From positions 90,173 to 154,172 of the forward strand of contig DJFX01000043.1 in NCBI GenBank assembly GCA_002432635.1: DNA of 64,000 nt, written 5' to 3'. Below, one piece after another: positions 1-10,266 of the stretch. Numbering within the stretch: the first letter of the stretch is position 1; each line of letters begins with the position of its first letter. The translations under genes and the position numbers were made by a program. Origin of the DNA: Halothiobacillaceae bacterium UBA5861. Its GTDB lineage: Bacteria; Pseudomonadota; Gammaproteobacteria; UBA5861. Under the pieces are notes generated by a model. The model saw only the letters and a program-made list of their open reading frames with translations, was not told where the DNA came from and did no database searches.

Positions 1-719
1 CTGAGGTGAGTCACATCATTCAGGCTGATCAGGTTTTGACCGCCCGGTTGATGCAAGTGGCGAATAGCGCGATGTATAAGCGAGGAGCAGAAGCGAAAAC
101 ATTAACGGCCGCAATTGGGCGGTTAGGGTTGGAAGCGACTAAAAATCTGGCATTCGTTTTGGCGATTAAACAGGTTTTTAACAGCAAGTCCGCTGTTTTA
201 CGCAAATCACTTGTCAACATTTATAAATATTCGACAGATATTGCCGTGATGGCATTTGCCTTAGCTCGGCAAATTGAATCGCTTGATCAAGAGCGGGCCT
301 TGCTGGCAGGGCTGGTGCATAACATTGGCAGTATCCCGATCCTTCATTACGCGGATCAGTGTGGCGACCTTTTCAGTAACGCAGAGGCAGTAGATGCTTC
401 AGTGAAAAAACTCTCGCCTTTACTTGGAGGGTGGGTGCTGGAAAAGTTTAATTTTGATGAGGAACTCACGCTGGTTCCAGAAACTTGCCACCTCTGGGAA
501 CGTGATGAAAGTTCCGATATTGACTATGCTAGTCTTGTGGCTGCTGCGATTCTGCTCTACAACCAAGGTAGAGATATACCTGACTCGGATTTGCCACTGT
601 TGGATCGTTTACCGGTTGGACAAACATTGAAAAAATACGGTATTGATGTTGCCTCAGGGCATAGTTTGCTGGAGTCGGCTAAAGACGATCTTGTAGAAAT
701 GAGACAACTATTACGATAA
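1..719 (+). CDS. HDOD domain signalling protein, 5'-partial (frame is open to the left window edge)
   Basis: The translation aligns with the downstream paralogue (RLMQVANSAMYKRG..IGRLGLEATKNLAFVL vs RLIKVANSPLYRGV..IGRIGLNATQNIAYVL) but lacks about 60 N-terminal residues. There is no in-frame stop before position 6. Confidence 0.75.
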   Translation, partial: EVSHIIQADQVLTARLMQVANSAMYKRGAEAKTLTAAIGRLGLEATKNLAFVLAIKQVFNSKSAVLRKSLVNIYKYSTDIAVMAFALARQIESLDQERALLAGLVHNIGSIPILHYADQCGDLFSNAEAVDASVKKLSPLLGGWVLEKFNFDEELTLVPETCHLWERDESSDIDYASLVAAAILLYNQGRDIPDSDLPLLDRLPVGQTLKKYGIDVASGHSLLESAKDDLVEMRQLLR

Positions 720-733
720 ACAAGGATGACTAT

Positions 734-1633
734 GTGCTTACCCAAAAACCGATGAGTGCCTCCACTGGAAAGGAACGCCCTTCTGAGCCAGACAATGGGC
801 GAAAGTTATTTTCCGTCATTTACCGCGCTTACCAAGATAACCGACTAAAGTTGCCGGCTGTTCCTCAGACAGCCTTTGAAATTAAAGAACTGATTCGATC
901 GGGTGCGAGTATCCGGGATGTTGCAAATGTTGCACAGCGCGATGCTGGAACCGCTGCTCGGTTAATAAAGGTCGCCAATAGCCCCCTTTATCGAGGGGTT
1001 GCCAAAGTCGGCTCTTTGACTGACGCGATTGGTCGCATTGGTTTAAATGCAACACAAAATATTGCGTACGTTTTGAGCATTCAAAGCTTGTTTAGTGCCA
1101 AATCTATAGTGATCGAAGAGTTGATGAGTTATGCCTATGCTCGCAGTTGTGAGTTAGCGGCCAGCTGCTTTATTTTGGCCCAAGATGTGAAAGGCTTGGC
1201 ACCCGATCGCGCACTGCTCGCAGGTTTGGTCAGTCAGGTCGGGCTATTGCCCATTTATTACTATGCTGACCAACATGCCGATTGGGTCACCAATGAGCTG
1301 TCACTTAACAGTAGTGTCAAGAAGTTGCGAGGGATTGTGGGGACAATGGTATTAAAGCAATGGGGGTTCGACGAAGAATTGATAGCCATTCCCGAGAACA
1401 GTGAATATTGGGGGAGGCAATCGCTCAGTGATGTTATGGACTACTGCGATCTTGTGATCCTGTCCAACTTAATAAACCAACTGAGGCATCGGCATATTGG
1501 CCTGGATGAAATTGAACCTTTGCCGATCGTGCAACGCCTTCTCAAAGACCCGCAAGGCCAAGCACTTTATGAAGCGGTTTCATCGGGGGCATTACTGCCG
1601 CAAATCGACGAAGCTGCACTGATGTTGACTTGA
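734..1633 (+). CDS. HDOD domain signalling protein (paralogue of the upstream gene)
   Basis: 299-aa ORF with a GTG start preceded by AAGGA. HDOD-type motifs are present (ANSPLYRG, IGRIGL, LLAGLVSQVGLLPI). Confidence 0.8.
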   Translation: MLTQKPMSASTGKERPSEPDNGRKLFSVIYRAYQDNRLKLPAVPQTAFEIKELIRSGASIRDVANVAQRDAGTAARLIKVANSPLYRGVAKVGSLTDAIGRIGLNATQNIAYVLSIQSLFSAKSIVIEELMSYAYARSCELAASCFILAQDVKGLAPDRALLAGLVSQVGLLPIYYYADQHADWVTNELSLNSSVKKLRGIVGTMVLKQWGFDEELIAIPENSEYWGRQSLSDVMDYCDLVILSNLINQLRHRHIGLDEIEPLPIVQRLLKDPQGQALYEAVSSGALLPQIDEAALMLT

Positions 1634-1741
1634 TTCTTACCTGGCCTCAGTGTATTTGAGCTAGCTTGACAGCACCTTTTCCTGAATCAGCGTTACAATC
1701 AATGCGGCAGATAAAAACGATAAACACTATTGGAGGAAAAG

Positions 1742-2908
1742 GTGGACTTTCAGTTGACAGAGCAGCAAGAAACGATCGTTACGGCCGTCGCCAAAATTTG
1801 CGCAGCCTTTGATGACGCTTACTGGTTAGATCGTGATACAACAGGTGAGTTCCCGCAGGACTTCGCGCAAGCTATGGCGGATGGTGGTTGGCTGGGTATT
1901 GCGATGCCAGAGGAGTATGGTGGTGCGGGGTTGGGCATTACTGAAGCGGCATTGATGATGCGCACAGTATCCGAGTCTGGGGCTTGCATGAGTGGTGCTT
2001 CGGCAATACACCTCAATATTTTTGGATTAAATCCCGTTGTTGTTTTTGGAACACCCGAGCAAAAACAGAGAATGTTACCACCGATCATCCAGGCAAAAGA
2101 GCGCGCCTGTTTTGGGGTGACAGAGCCTGATGCCGGTCTCAATACGACAAAAATTTCCACGTTTGCAAAACATACAGGGCAATCATACGTTGTTAATGGC
2201 AAAAAAATCTGGACATCAACCGCTCAGGTTGCTACGAAGATTCTATTGATTGCTCGTACAACACCAGTGGAACAATGCGCTAAGCCAACAGACGGTTTGA
2301 CCTTGTTCTATACCGATTTCGATCGTAATTACGTTGAAGTGCGTGAAATTGAAAAGATGGGCAGGAAGTGTGTGGATTCAAACCAAGTATTTTTTGACAG
2401 TTTGCCCATTCCAGAGGAAGATCGAATTGGAGAGGAGGGAAAGGGTTTCTATTATTTACTTCATGGCCTGAATCCGGAGCGGGTACTTGGGGCCGCCGCT
2501 TGTGTGGGTATCGGTCGAGCTGCGTTGAGGAAGGCGACTGACTACGCAAAAGAGCGTATTGTTTTTGACAGGCCTATCGGACAGAACCAGGGTATCCAGC
2601 ATCCGCTTGCAGAAAACTGGTGTGAGATTGAAGCCGCCAATCTGATGACTCTGAAAGCGGCGAATTTATACGATGCAGGAAAGCCCTGCGGCGAATATGC
2701 CAATGCAGCTAAATTCCTTGCGGCGGCCGCTGGCTTTAAAACTGCGACACAGGCGGTGATGACGCACGGCGGAATGGGGTATGCAAAAGAGTTCCATGTT
2801 GAACGCTACTTTCGTGAGTCCATTGTTCCACGCATTGCTCCGGTCAGCGAACAACTGATTCTATGCCACATTGCTGAGCGGGTTTTAGGGTTACCCAAGT
2901 CATATTGA
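1742..2908 (+). CDS. Acyl-CoA dehydrogenase family protein
   Basis: The translation has ACAD hallmarks (GVTEPDAGLNT, KIWTSTA, a C-terminal helical domain with GGMGYAKEF). I prefer GTG at 1742 with GGAGG 5 nt upstream over the ORF-track TTG start at 1730. Confidence 0.85.
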   Translation: MDFQLTEQQETIVTAVAKICAAFDDAYWLDRDTTGEFPQDFAQAMADGGWLGIAMPEEYGGAGLGITEAALMMRTVSESGACMSGASAIHLNIFGLNPVVVFGTPEQKQRMLPPIIQAKERACFGVTEPDAGLNTTKISTFAKHTGQSYVVNGKKIWTSTAQVATKILLIARTTPVEQCAKPTDGLTLFYTDFDRNYVEVREIEKMGRKCVDSNQVFFDSLPIPEEDRIGEEGKGFYYLLHGLNPERVLGAAACVGIGRAALRKATDYAKERIVFDRPIGQNQGIQHPLAENWCEIEAANLMTLKAANLYDAGKPCGEYANAAKFLAAAAGFKTATQAVMTHGGMGYAKEFHVERYFRESIVPRIAPVSEQLILCHIAERVLGLPKSY

Positions 2909-2937
2909 CATGGGTCACCCATTCATTGAGCAGATTC

Positions 2938-4068
2938 TTAAAACTTATCTTCAAAGAACTGTTTGACGCGGTCCATCCAGGAGTGCTCATGAGGCGAGTG
3001 TTTTTTTCCTGGGTGGCCGGAAATCGACTCGCTCAGCTCTTCCAATAGCTTTTTTTGTGCACTTGTTAAGTTGACCGGCGTTTCAACACGAATTCGGCAG
3101 AGTAGGTCGCCTTGGTGCCCGCCTCGTACAGGTCTGACACCTTTGCCACGCAAACGGAAGACCTTTTCGGTCTGAGTGCCCGCTGGGATTTTCAACTTAA
3201 CCTTACCATCCAAGGTAGGTACTTCCAACTCGCCACCGAGTGCAGCGGTGGTGATATTAATGGGTACAAGACACAGCAAGTCAGCGCTGTCTCTTTCAAA
3301 AATAGGGTGAGGGTCGACATGGATTTGTACATACAGATCACCGGGTGGTCCGCTGTGTTCACCCGCTTCCCCCTCACCATTCAAGCGAATTCTGTCGCCA
3401 TTATCCACGCCGGGTGGAATTTTAACGGACAGTGTTTTTTGTTCTTCCAAGCGGCCAGACCCATGGCACTGATCGCAGGGGTCATTAATAACTTTGCCAT
3501 TACCATGACAGGTGGGGCAGGTTTGCTGAACAGAAAAAAAGCCTTGTTGCATGCGGACCTGGCCCGATCCATTACAAGTCGAGCACGTTGTCGGAGATGT
3601 ACCAGGCTTGGCGCCGGTACTGTTGCAGTGGTGGCACGCGACCTTCGTGGGAATTCGAATCTTAACTGTTGTGCCATGGACGGCATCTTCGAGAGGAATA
3701 TTCAGATTGTATTGTAAGTCAGCCCCTCGGTACGCCCGCCGGCCACCCTGTCCGGTTGTGCCAAAAATGTCACCAAATACGTCGCCAAAGATGTCACTGA
3801 AGCTCGCACTGCCTCCGCCACCTCGGCCACCAGTACTTTGATCAACACCGGCATGGCCAAATTGGTCGTATGCTGTGCGTTTGTTTTTGTCGCTGAGAAC
3901 GTCATACGCTTCTTTGGCTTCTTTGAATTTTTTTTCAGCTTCGGTTTCGTTGTCCTGGTTTCGGTCAGGATGGTATTTCATAGCCAGCCGTTTGAAAGCC
4001 TTCTTCAGCTCTGCTTCGCTGGCACTTTTTTGAACACCGAGAACTTCGTAATAATCGCGCTTCGACAT
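2938..4068 (-). CDS. dnaJ: Molecular chaperone DnaJ
   Basis: J-domain with HPD (KYHPDRN), a G/F-rich linker, and four CxxCxGxG zinc-finger repeats. It lies downstream of dnaK. Confidence 0.97.
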   Translation of the reverse strand: MSKRDYYEVLGVQKSASEAELKKAFKRLAMKYHPDRNQDNETEAEKKFKEAKEAYDVLSDKNKRTAYDQFGHAGVDQSTGGRGGGGSASFSDIFGDVFGDIFGTTGQGGRRAYRGADLQYNLNIPLEDAVHGTTVKIRIPTKVACHHCNSTGAKPGTSPTTCSTCNGSGQVRMQQGFFSVQQTCPTCHGNGKVINDPCDQCHGSGRLEEQKTLSVKIPPGVDNGDRIRLNGEGEAGEHSGPPGDLYVQIHVDPHPIFERDSADLLCLVPINITTAALGGELEVPTLDGKVKLKIPAGTQTEKVFRLRGKGVRPVRGGHQGDLLCRIRVETPVNLTSAQKKLLEELSESISGHPGKKHSPHEHSWMDRVKQFFEDKF

Positions 4069-4089
4069 ACTTTACTGCTTTATTAAAAT

Positions 4090-4120
4090 GATGAAAGTGC
4101 GTGATATGCGCACTTTCATC
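4090..4120 (-). other. Intercistronic stem-loop between dnaK and dnaJ (12-bp stem)
   Basis: GATGAAAGTGCG-tgatatg-CGCACTTTCATC, read directly from the sequence. It is palindromic, so it also folds in the minus-strand transcript. Confidence 0.6.
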
Positions 4121-4151
4121 AGAGGCCTGTGTAAGAAGTAGGAGACAAAGG

Positions 4152-6074
4152 TTATTTTTTATCGTCTTTGACTTCTTCAAATTCCGCATCAACAACGTCT
4201 TCTTTTGATGACGTTTGTTGTTGGTCACCGGGTTCCGCAACACTTTCGTCAGCCGCTTGTTGCTGGTAAAGCCGCTCGGCGAGTTTGCCGGCAACTTCGC
4301 CCAGGGCTGCGGTTTTGGTTTCAATGCTTTCTTTGTCTTCGCCAGACAACTGTTCACGCAGCTCATTGACTTTGGCTTCTATTTCAGACTTTTCTTCAGC
4401 ACTGACTTTGTCACCCAGGTCGCTTACGGTTTTTTCTGCTGAGTGAATCAAGTTTTCAGCTTGGTTGCGTGCGTTAACGAGCTCTTTCAGTTTCCGATCT
4501 TCTTCGGCGTGTTTCTCCGCATCGTCAATCATTTTTTCGACTTCGTCGTCAGAAAGCCCGCTGGAAGCTTTAATAACAATGGACTGTTCTTTGCCCGTCG
4601 CTTTGTCTTTTGCTGATACGTTGAGAATACCGTTGGCATCAATATCAAAAGTGACTTCAATTTGTGGTACTCCACGAGGTGCAGGTGGAATGTCTGAGAG
4701 ATCAAAACGTCCCAATGATTTATTACCACTGGCGATTTCTCGCTCACCTTGTAATACGTGGACGGTAACCGCAGTCTGGTTATCGTCGGCTGTTGAAAAC
4801 ACTTGAGTGGCTTTCGTGGGAATCGTAGTGTTCTTTTCAATCAGGCGGGTCATAACGCCTCCCATTGTCTCAATACCCAGAGACAGCGGGGTGACATCGA
4901 GCAACAACACATCTTTTACATCACCGCCGAGCACGCCACCTTGGATAGCAGCGCCTACCGCAACGGCTTCGTCTGGGTTAACGTCGCGACGGGGTTCTTT
5001 ATTAAAGAAGGCTTTCACCTTTTCCTGGACTTTTGGCATGCGCGTTTGGCCGCCCACCAGAATGATGTCATCAATATCGCCACTGGATAGCCCTGCGTCT
5101 CGTAGTGCCGTTCGGCATGGGTCGATGGTGCGATCAACCAGGTCTTCGACGAGCGACTCAAGCTTTGCCCGCGATACTTTGATGTTGAGGTGTTTGGGTC
5201 CGCTGGCATCGGCGGTAATGTAGGGTAAATTGACTTCGGTCTGTTGCGAAGATGACAGCTCGCATTTTGCTTTTTCGGCCGCTTCTTTTAAGCGTTGCAG
5301 CGCGAGAGGGTCATTGTGAAGGTCGACGCCATTACTCTTCTTGAATTCATCTGCCAAATAGTCGATGAGGCGCAAGTCAAAGTCTTCACCCCCTAAGAAG
5401 GTGTCTCCGTTTGTGGAGAGGACTTCGAACTGGTGTTCGCCATCGATTTCAGCGATCTCAATGATGGAGACATCGAATGTTCCTCCACCGAGGTCGTAAA
5501 CAACGATTTTTGAGTCACCACGCTTTTTATCCATGCCGTAAGCCAGTGCAGCTGCGGTGGGCTCGTTAATAATACGTTTAACATCCAGGCCTGCAATTTT
5601 TCCGGCATCTTTCGTGGCTTGCCGTTGGGAGTCGTTAAAGTAAGCCGGTACGGTAATGACCGCTTCAGTCACTGGTTCGCCAAGGTATTCTTCTGCGGTT
5701 TGCTTCATTTTCATGAGTACGCGTGCAGAGACTTCGGGGGGCGCCATCTTTTTGCCATTGGCTTCCACCCATGCGTCTCCATTATCCGCTTTAACGATTT
5801 TGTAGGGGACAAGCTCAATATCTTTTTGAACTTCATCTTCAGCAAAGCGCCGACCGATCAGCCGCTTTACGGCAAAAAGGGTGTTTTGAGGGTTTGTTAC
5901 CGCTTGGCGCTTGGCCGGCTGGCCGACCAGTACTTCATCGTCATTCGTGAAAGCGACGATCGACGGTGTCGTGCGATCACCTTCCGCATTTTCGATCACT
6001 CGTGGTGTTTGACCTTCCATGACAGCAACACACGAGTTAGTGGTGCCGAGGTCAATTCCAATAATTTTTCCCAT
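4152..6074 (-). CDS. dnaK: Molecular chaperone DnaK (Hsp70)
   Basis: 640 aa with [17 protein letters not shown], and an EEVKDDKK-type acidic C-terminus. GGAGAC RBS. Confidence 0.98.
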   Translation of the reverse strand: MGKIIGIDLGTTNSCVAVMEGQTPRVIENAEGDRTTPSIVAFTNDDEVLVGQPAKRQAVTNPQNTLFAVKRLIGRRFAEDEVQKDIELVPYKIVKADNGDAWVEANGKKMAPPEVSARVLMKMKQTAEEYLGEPVTEAVITVPAYFNDSQRQATKDAGKIAGLDVKRIINEPTAAALAYGMDKKRGDSKIVVYDLGGGTFDVSIIEIAEIDGEHQFEVLSTNGDTFLGGEDFDLRLIDYLADEFKKSNGVDLHNDPLALQRLKEAAEKAKCELSSSQQTEVNLPYITADASGPKHLNIKVSRAKLESLVEDLVDRTIDPCRTALRDAGLSSGDIDDIILVGGQTRMPKVQEKVKAFFNKEPRRDVNPDEAVAVGAAIQGGVLGGDVKDVLLLDVTPLSLGIETMGGVMTRLIEKNTTIPTKATQVFSTADDNQTAVTVHVLQGEREIASGNKSLGRFDLSDIPPAPRGVPQIEVTFDIDANGILNVSAKDKATGKEQSIVIKASSGLSDDEVEKMIDDAEKHAEEDRKLKELVNARNQAENLIHSAEKTVSDLGDKVSAEEKSEIEAKVNELREQLSGEDKESIETKTAALGEVAGKLAERLYQQQAADESVAEPGDQQQTSSKEDVVDAEFEEVKDDKK

Positions 6075-6123
6075 GGTTGTGTGTCTCCAAAAATTAGGTA
6101 CTGTTGATTTGTTGATGTTTTAT

Positions 6124-6149
6124 CTATGGGCGGTTGAGCAAAATGCAAG
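6124..6149 (-). promoter_or_regulatory. Candidate sigma32 (RpoH) promoter for dnaK
   Basis: The minus strand reads CTTGCA-N12-GCCCATAG, against the consensus CTTGAA-N13-17-CCCCATNT. It sits about 50 nt upstream of the dnaK ATG. Confidence 0.4.
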
Positions 6150-6158
6150 GAGCCGCAG

Positions 6159-6767
6159 TTATTTTGAAACACCAACCAGTGCCGGGCGAATCAAACGGTC
6201 GTTAAGTGTATAGCCTTTTTGCATAACCATGACAACGGTATTGGGTTCTACGCCCTCTGTTTCCTGTGTGTTCATTGCCTGATGAAGTTCGGGGTTAAAT
6301 TTCTCCCCCATTGGGTCAACGGCGACAATATCAAACTTTTCCATGACTTGGATAAGGTTTTTCAGTGTCAGGTCCATGCCTTCTCGAATCTGTTCCAGCT
6401 CTACGTTTTCAGCCTTGGCGGCATTTAGCCCCATTTCCAGACTATCACGGACGCTGAGAAGTTCCTTGGCCATTTTTTCCAGACCGAACTTGCGGGCATT
6501 TTCGACTTCTTTGCTGTTACGCTTGCGTAGATTTTCCATTTCTGCCTGAAGGCGAACGAGCTGATCCCAGTGTTCTTCCGCTTTCTTCTGCGAGGCTTCA
6601 AGTTGGTTCAGGAGGTTATCAGTTTCCTCATCTTTTCCAGGCTCTTTGGCACTGCCTTCCGTAACCTCGGTATTATCAGCTTCTTCTGTCAAGTCGTAGT
6701 CAACTTTTTCGGTATCGATGTTTTTTGTTTCAACGATGTCTTGGTCGTCATCACGATTGTCTGCCAT
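6159..6767 (-). CDS. grpE: Nucleotide exchange factor GrpE
   Basis: 202 aa with an acidic N-terminus, a coiled-coil and the GrpE C-terminal beta domain (..VVMVMQKGYTLNDRLIRPALVGVSK). It sits between hrcA and dnaK. Confidence 0.95.
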   Translation of the reverse strand: MADNRDDDQDIVETKNIDTEKVDYDLTEEADNTEVTEGSAKEPGKDEETDNLLNQLEASQKKAEEHWDQLVRLQAEMENLRKRNSKEVENARKFGLEKMAKELLSVRDSLEMGLNAAKAENVELEQIREGMDLTLKNLIQVMEKFDIVAVDPMGEKFNPELHQAMNTQETEGVEPNTVVMVMQKGYTLNDRLIRPALVGVSK

Positions 6768-6827
6768 GTGTTTCTCGGCTCCGTTTTAATTCGTTATCTT
6801 GCGGTATGAAGGCATTCTCGGTGCACG

Positions 6828-6855
6828 ATATGGGGGCGTTTATTTGAAATTCAAG
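6828..6855 (-). promoter_or_regulatory. Candidate sigma32 (RpoH) promoter for grpE, overlapping the hrcA stop codon
   Basis: The minus strand reads CTTGAA-N14-CCCCATAT, a near-perfect match to the sigma32 consensus. It is about 60 nt upstream of the grpE ATG. Confidence 0.6.
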
Positions 6856-7895
6856 GCTGCACCCAGCAGTTTGGACGTTACATCCACAATAGGGATGATG
6901 CGATCGTAAGCCATCCGGGTCGGGCCAATCACGCCCAGCATGCCAATGACATTGCCGTCTGAATTATAGGGGGCTGTGACAATGCTGCATTCGTCAGGAA
7001 TTTGGTGCCCGGTTTCCTGGCCGATAAAGATACTTACACCTTCGGCAGCAATGCAGTTTTCAAGCAGGTGCAGGATGTCTCGTTTTTGATTGAAGGTATC
7101 AAACAGTTTCTTCAGTAGTTCAACGTCCGAGAGCTCTTCAAACGTCATCAGGTTAGTTTGTCCCTCTACAATGACTGCGTCTTTTTCGGTGTTGTCATCG
7201 GTCATCAATACGTGGCCGGCCATGTCGATCACGGCGCTCATTTGATCGTGCATGTCTGCGCGGGCGGATTCCAGTTCGGTTTTGATCTTATCGCGCACAC
7301 TGGTCAGGTCCATGCCGACATACTCCCGGTTGACGTAGTTCGCGGCGTATTCAAGTTCAGCACGGGAAAAGTCACGATCAACTTTGATAATCCGGTTTTG
7401 AACTTCTCGGTCATTGGTAATGAGAACAACCAGCACGCGCTGATCGGATAGGGCGATGAATTCAATGTGATCAAAAATCACAGCGTTCTGGCGGGGAACA
7501 GTGATGATACCTGCCATGTGGGTCATTTGTGACAGGTAGTTTGAAGCCGTTTTCAGTAATTCTTCTGGGGTGAGATTGGCTTCGAGATTGGCTTGGAAAC
7601 GTTGGATTTCACTGGTATCGAGTGTTGAAACCCGGACTAACTTGTCGACAAAAAAACGGTATCCCTGGGCGGTTGGAATACGCCCTGCTGATGTGTGTGG
7701 AGAGGTTAGAAAGCCCATGTCTTCCAGGTCGCCCATCACGTTGCGAATGGTGGCAGAGCTAAAGCTGATGCTACCCATCTGGGATAATGTGCGCGAACCT
7801 ACGGGTTGACCGGAGCGAATGTACTCCTCAATCAGTAAGCGCAGAATCTGTTGAGCGCGCTCGGGAATAGGCAGTGTTTCTTGTTTCGTCGGCAT
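6840..7895 (-). CDS. hrcA: Heat-inducible transcription repressor HrcA
   Basis: 351 aa with an N-terminal winged-helix (RAQQILRLLIEEYIRSGQPVGSRTL) and an HrcA C-terminal domain. It occupies the classic position upstream of grpE-dnaK-dnaJ. Confidence 0.93.
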   Translation of the reverse strand: MPTKQETLPIPERAQQILRLLIEEYIRSGQPVGSRTLSQMGSISFSSATIRNVMGDLEDMGFLTSPHTSAGRIPTAQGYRFFVDKLVRVSTLDTSEIQRFQANLEANLTPEELLKTASNYLSQMTHMAGIITVPRQNAVIFDHIEFIALSDQRVLVVLITNDREVQNRIIKVDRDFSRAELEYAANYVNREYVGMDLTSVRDKIKTELESARADMHDQMSAVIDMAGHVLMTDDNTEKDAVIVEGQTNLMTFEELSDVELLKKLFDTFNQKRDILHLLENCIAAEGVSIFIGQETGHQIPDECSIVTAPYNSDGNVIGMLGVIGPTRMAYDRIIPIVDVTSKLLGAALNFK

Positions 7896-7920
7896 AAGCG
7901 GGCTGTTTTATGTTGGTTTG

Positions 7921-9264
7921 CTAGCGCATCGTTACCAGTTCTTCAGCACTGCTTGGGTGAATTGCAACGGTATCATCAAAGTCTCGTTTGGTCGCACCCA
8001 TGCGAATTGCAACGGCAAAGCCCTGAAGCATTTCATCGGCATTGAGACCGATGATATGGCAACCAACAATATGTTCATCCGGACCGTTCACAATTAACTT
8101 CATTCGTGTTTCCGGGCTATGTTCAGTGAAGGCATTATACATGGGGGTAAAGCGTGACTCATAGACCTTGACTGATTGTCCATATGCTTGCCGTGCCGCT
8201 GTTTCAGAGAGTCCAACAGTACCGATTGGGGGGTGGCTAAAGACAACGCTCGGGATATTTTCATAATCCAGTTTGCGTTCGGTTTGCCCGTCGAATAAAC
8301 GATCGGCAAGGCGTCTTCCAGCAGCAATGGCAACGGGGGTGAGCTCTGCTTTGCCGATGATGTCACCGATGGCGTAGATATTCGGGATATTGGTTTCCTG
8401 GTAGGGGTCTACCGGGATGTAGCCTCTTTCATTCACGTCAACACCTGTTGTTTCCAGGCCTAAATCATCGGTTTGGGGAGTGCGACCAATAGCCCAGATG
8501 ACGGTATCGAATCCAGTGAGCGGGCCTTCTTCGGTGATGACGGTAATCGTGTCGCCCGTTTTTTGCAGTGCTTTGACTTGGGTGTTCGCCTCAATCGTAA
8601 CGCCGGATGCTTTCATTGACTCGGTGAGTGACTCTGAGATCATGTGGTCAAAATTACGTAAAAAGTGACTTTTTCGAATAATCTGAACAACGTCGCTCCC
8701 CAGTGCGTTGAGCATGCCGCTCAACTCAACGGCAATGTAGCCTGCACCAATAACAGCCACTCGCTTTGGTTGTTCGTTGAGCTCAAAAAAACCGTCCGAG
8801 GTAATGCCGAGCTCGTGGCCAGGGACAGCGGGAACGGTGGGGCGGCCGCCGGTAGCGATGACAAATTTATCTGCCGTATAACGGGTATTATTCACTTCTA
8901 TTGTTTTTGCATTAATAAAGCGCGCATGGCCATTGATAGCGGTAACGCCTGCATCACCCAAGTAACCGTTGTACCAGTTATTAATATTATGAATATACTG
9001 CTCTCGCTTGTTAACCAGGGCTGACCAGTTAAAGTGTTTTTGTTCAACCTCAAAGCCGTAACCTGGAGCATCCGCGATAGTTTGGGCGACCGATGCGCCG
9101 TACCACATGACTTTTTTAGGCACACAGCCCCTGTTAACGCAGGTGCCGCCCAGTCTGTCATATTCCACCAGCGCGGCTTGGGCGCCATAACTGGCGGCGC
9201 GTTGAACGACGGATAAGCCACCACTGCCACCACCAATTGCAATCAAATCAAAGTGTGTTGCCAT
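7921..9264 (-). CDS. gor: Glutathione-disulfide reductase
   Basis: 447 aa with a GGGSGG FAD motif, the redox-active [13 protein letters not shown] disulfide, and a C-terminal dimerisation domain ending [12 protein letters not shown]. Confidence 0.92.
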   Translation of the reverse strand: MATHFDLIAIGGGSGGLSVVQRAASYGAQAALVEYDRLGGTCVNRGCVPKKVMWYGASVAQTIADAPGYGFEVEQKHFNWSALVNKREQYIHNINNWYNGYLGDAGVTAINGHARFINAKTIEVNNTRYTADKFVIATGGRPTVPAVPGHELGITSDGFFELNEQPKRVAVIGAGYIAVELSGMLNALGSDVVQIIRKSHFLRNFDHMISESLTESMKASGVTIEANTQVKALQKTGDTITVITEEGPLTGFDTVIWAIGRTPQTDDLGLETTGVDVNERGYIPVDPYQETNIPNIYAIGDIIGKAELTPVAIAAGRRLADRLFDGQTERKLDYENIPSVVFSHPPIGTVGLSETAARQAYGQSVKVYESRFTPMYNAFTEHSPETRMKLIVNGPDEHIVGCHIIGLNADEMLQGFAVAIRMGATKRDFDDTVAIHPSSAEELVTMR

Positions 9265-9339
9265 TTTTTATCTCCGTCGTTTTATCTGTTGTATCCTAGA
9301 TAGTATCTGTTTGTTTGGATTTAAAGGTCTGAGCGTATC

Positions 9340-10266
9340 ATGACACCGTCTGTTTTTATCCAGAATATTACTGGAAAGCTAAGAACCCATGTCGTTGGGG
9401 AAAAGTTGTACCAATACTCACTGCTGATTCGTTTGCATCGGCCCATAGGGACTTTGTTGTTGCTGTGGCCAACTTTGACCGCATTATGGATGGCTTCCCA
9501 CGGTGTACCCGAGAGCCATTTGATTGTTATTTTTTGTCTAGGGACTCTCTTAATGCGCTCTGCTGGATGCGCGATTAACGATGTTGCTGACCGGCATGTC
9601 GATCCACACGTTTTTCGTACACAAGGCCGCCCACTGGCAACCGGCACGGTTCAGACACGTGAAGCCGTTATTGTTGCGGTGGTTTTAGCGCTCTTGGCGT
9701 TTCTGTTGGTGCTCTTCTTAAATTGGCAAACGACTTTGCTCGCATGTGCAGGTGTGCTGATTGCGTTGATTTATCCGTTTATGAAGCGCTATACGCATTT
9801 GCCACAGCTTTTTTTAGGCATTGCCTTTGCCTGGGGAGTGCCCATGGCTTTTGCTGCGGTACTAGGAACTACCACCCAAGTGACCTGGTTGCTGTTTCTG
9901 GCTGCTGTCGTCTGGCCGGTTGCCTACGACACGATGTATGCCATGGTCGACCGGGAAGATGACTTGAAAGTGGGAGTTAAGTCGACCGCTATTTTATTTG
10001 GTGACGCTGATGTTTTTATTGTGGGGTGCCTGCAAGCCTGTGTAATCGTCATTTATCTACTGGTTGGCCAGCAGCTTGAATTGGGTGCCTATTACTATTT
10101 TGGCGTGTTAGTGGCTGCTTGTCTGGCAGCTTATCAAATCTATGTTATTCGCAACCGGGAGCCTGAGAAGTGCTTCGCGGCCTTTTTACAAAATAACTGG
10201 CTTGGCTTGGCCGTCTTTTTAGGTGTTGTTGCACATTATGCGCTAGGCGCTGAGTCGATTGCTTAA
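9340..10266 (+). CDS. ubiA: 4-hydroxybenzoate polyprenyltransferase
   Basis: 308-aa polytopic membrane protein with UbiA motifs (RPIGTLLLLWPTL, NDVADRHVD, YDTMYAMVDREDD). Confidence 0.9.
   Translation: MTPSVFIQNITGKLRTHVVGEKLYQYSLLIRLHRPIGTLLLLWPTLTALWMASHGVPESHLIVIFCLGTLLMRSAGCAINDVADRHVDPHVFRTQGRPLATGTVQTREAVIVAVVLALLAFLLVLFLNWQTTLLACAGVLIALIYPFMKRYTHLPQLFLGIAFAWGVPMAFAAVLGTTTQVTWLLFLAAVVWPVAYDTMYAMVDREDDLKVGVKSTAILFGDADVFIVGCLQACVIVIYLLVGQQLELGAYYYFGVLVAACLAAYQIYVIRNREPEKCFAAFLQNNWLGLAVFLGVVAHYALGAESIA

Noticed and set aside
1634-1729. A TTGACA...TACAAT pair upstream of the acyl-CoA dehydrogenase gene as a sigma70 promoter.
   Set aside because: The spacer is about 22 nt, well outside the functional 16-19 nt range.
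6075-7920. A search for CIRCE (TTAGCACTC-N9-GAGTGCTAA) around hrcA, grpE and dnaK.
   Set aside because: No match or near-match was seen by eye, so no HrcA operator is annotated here.
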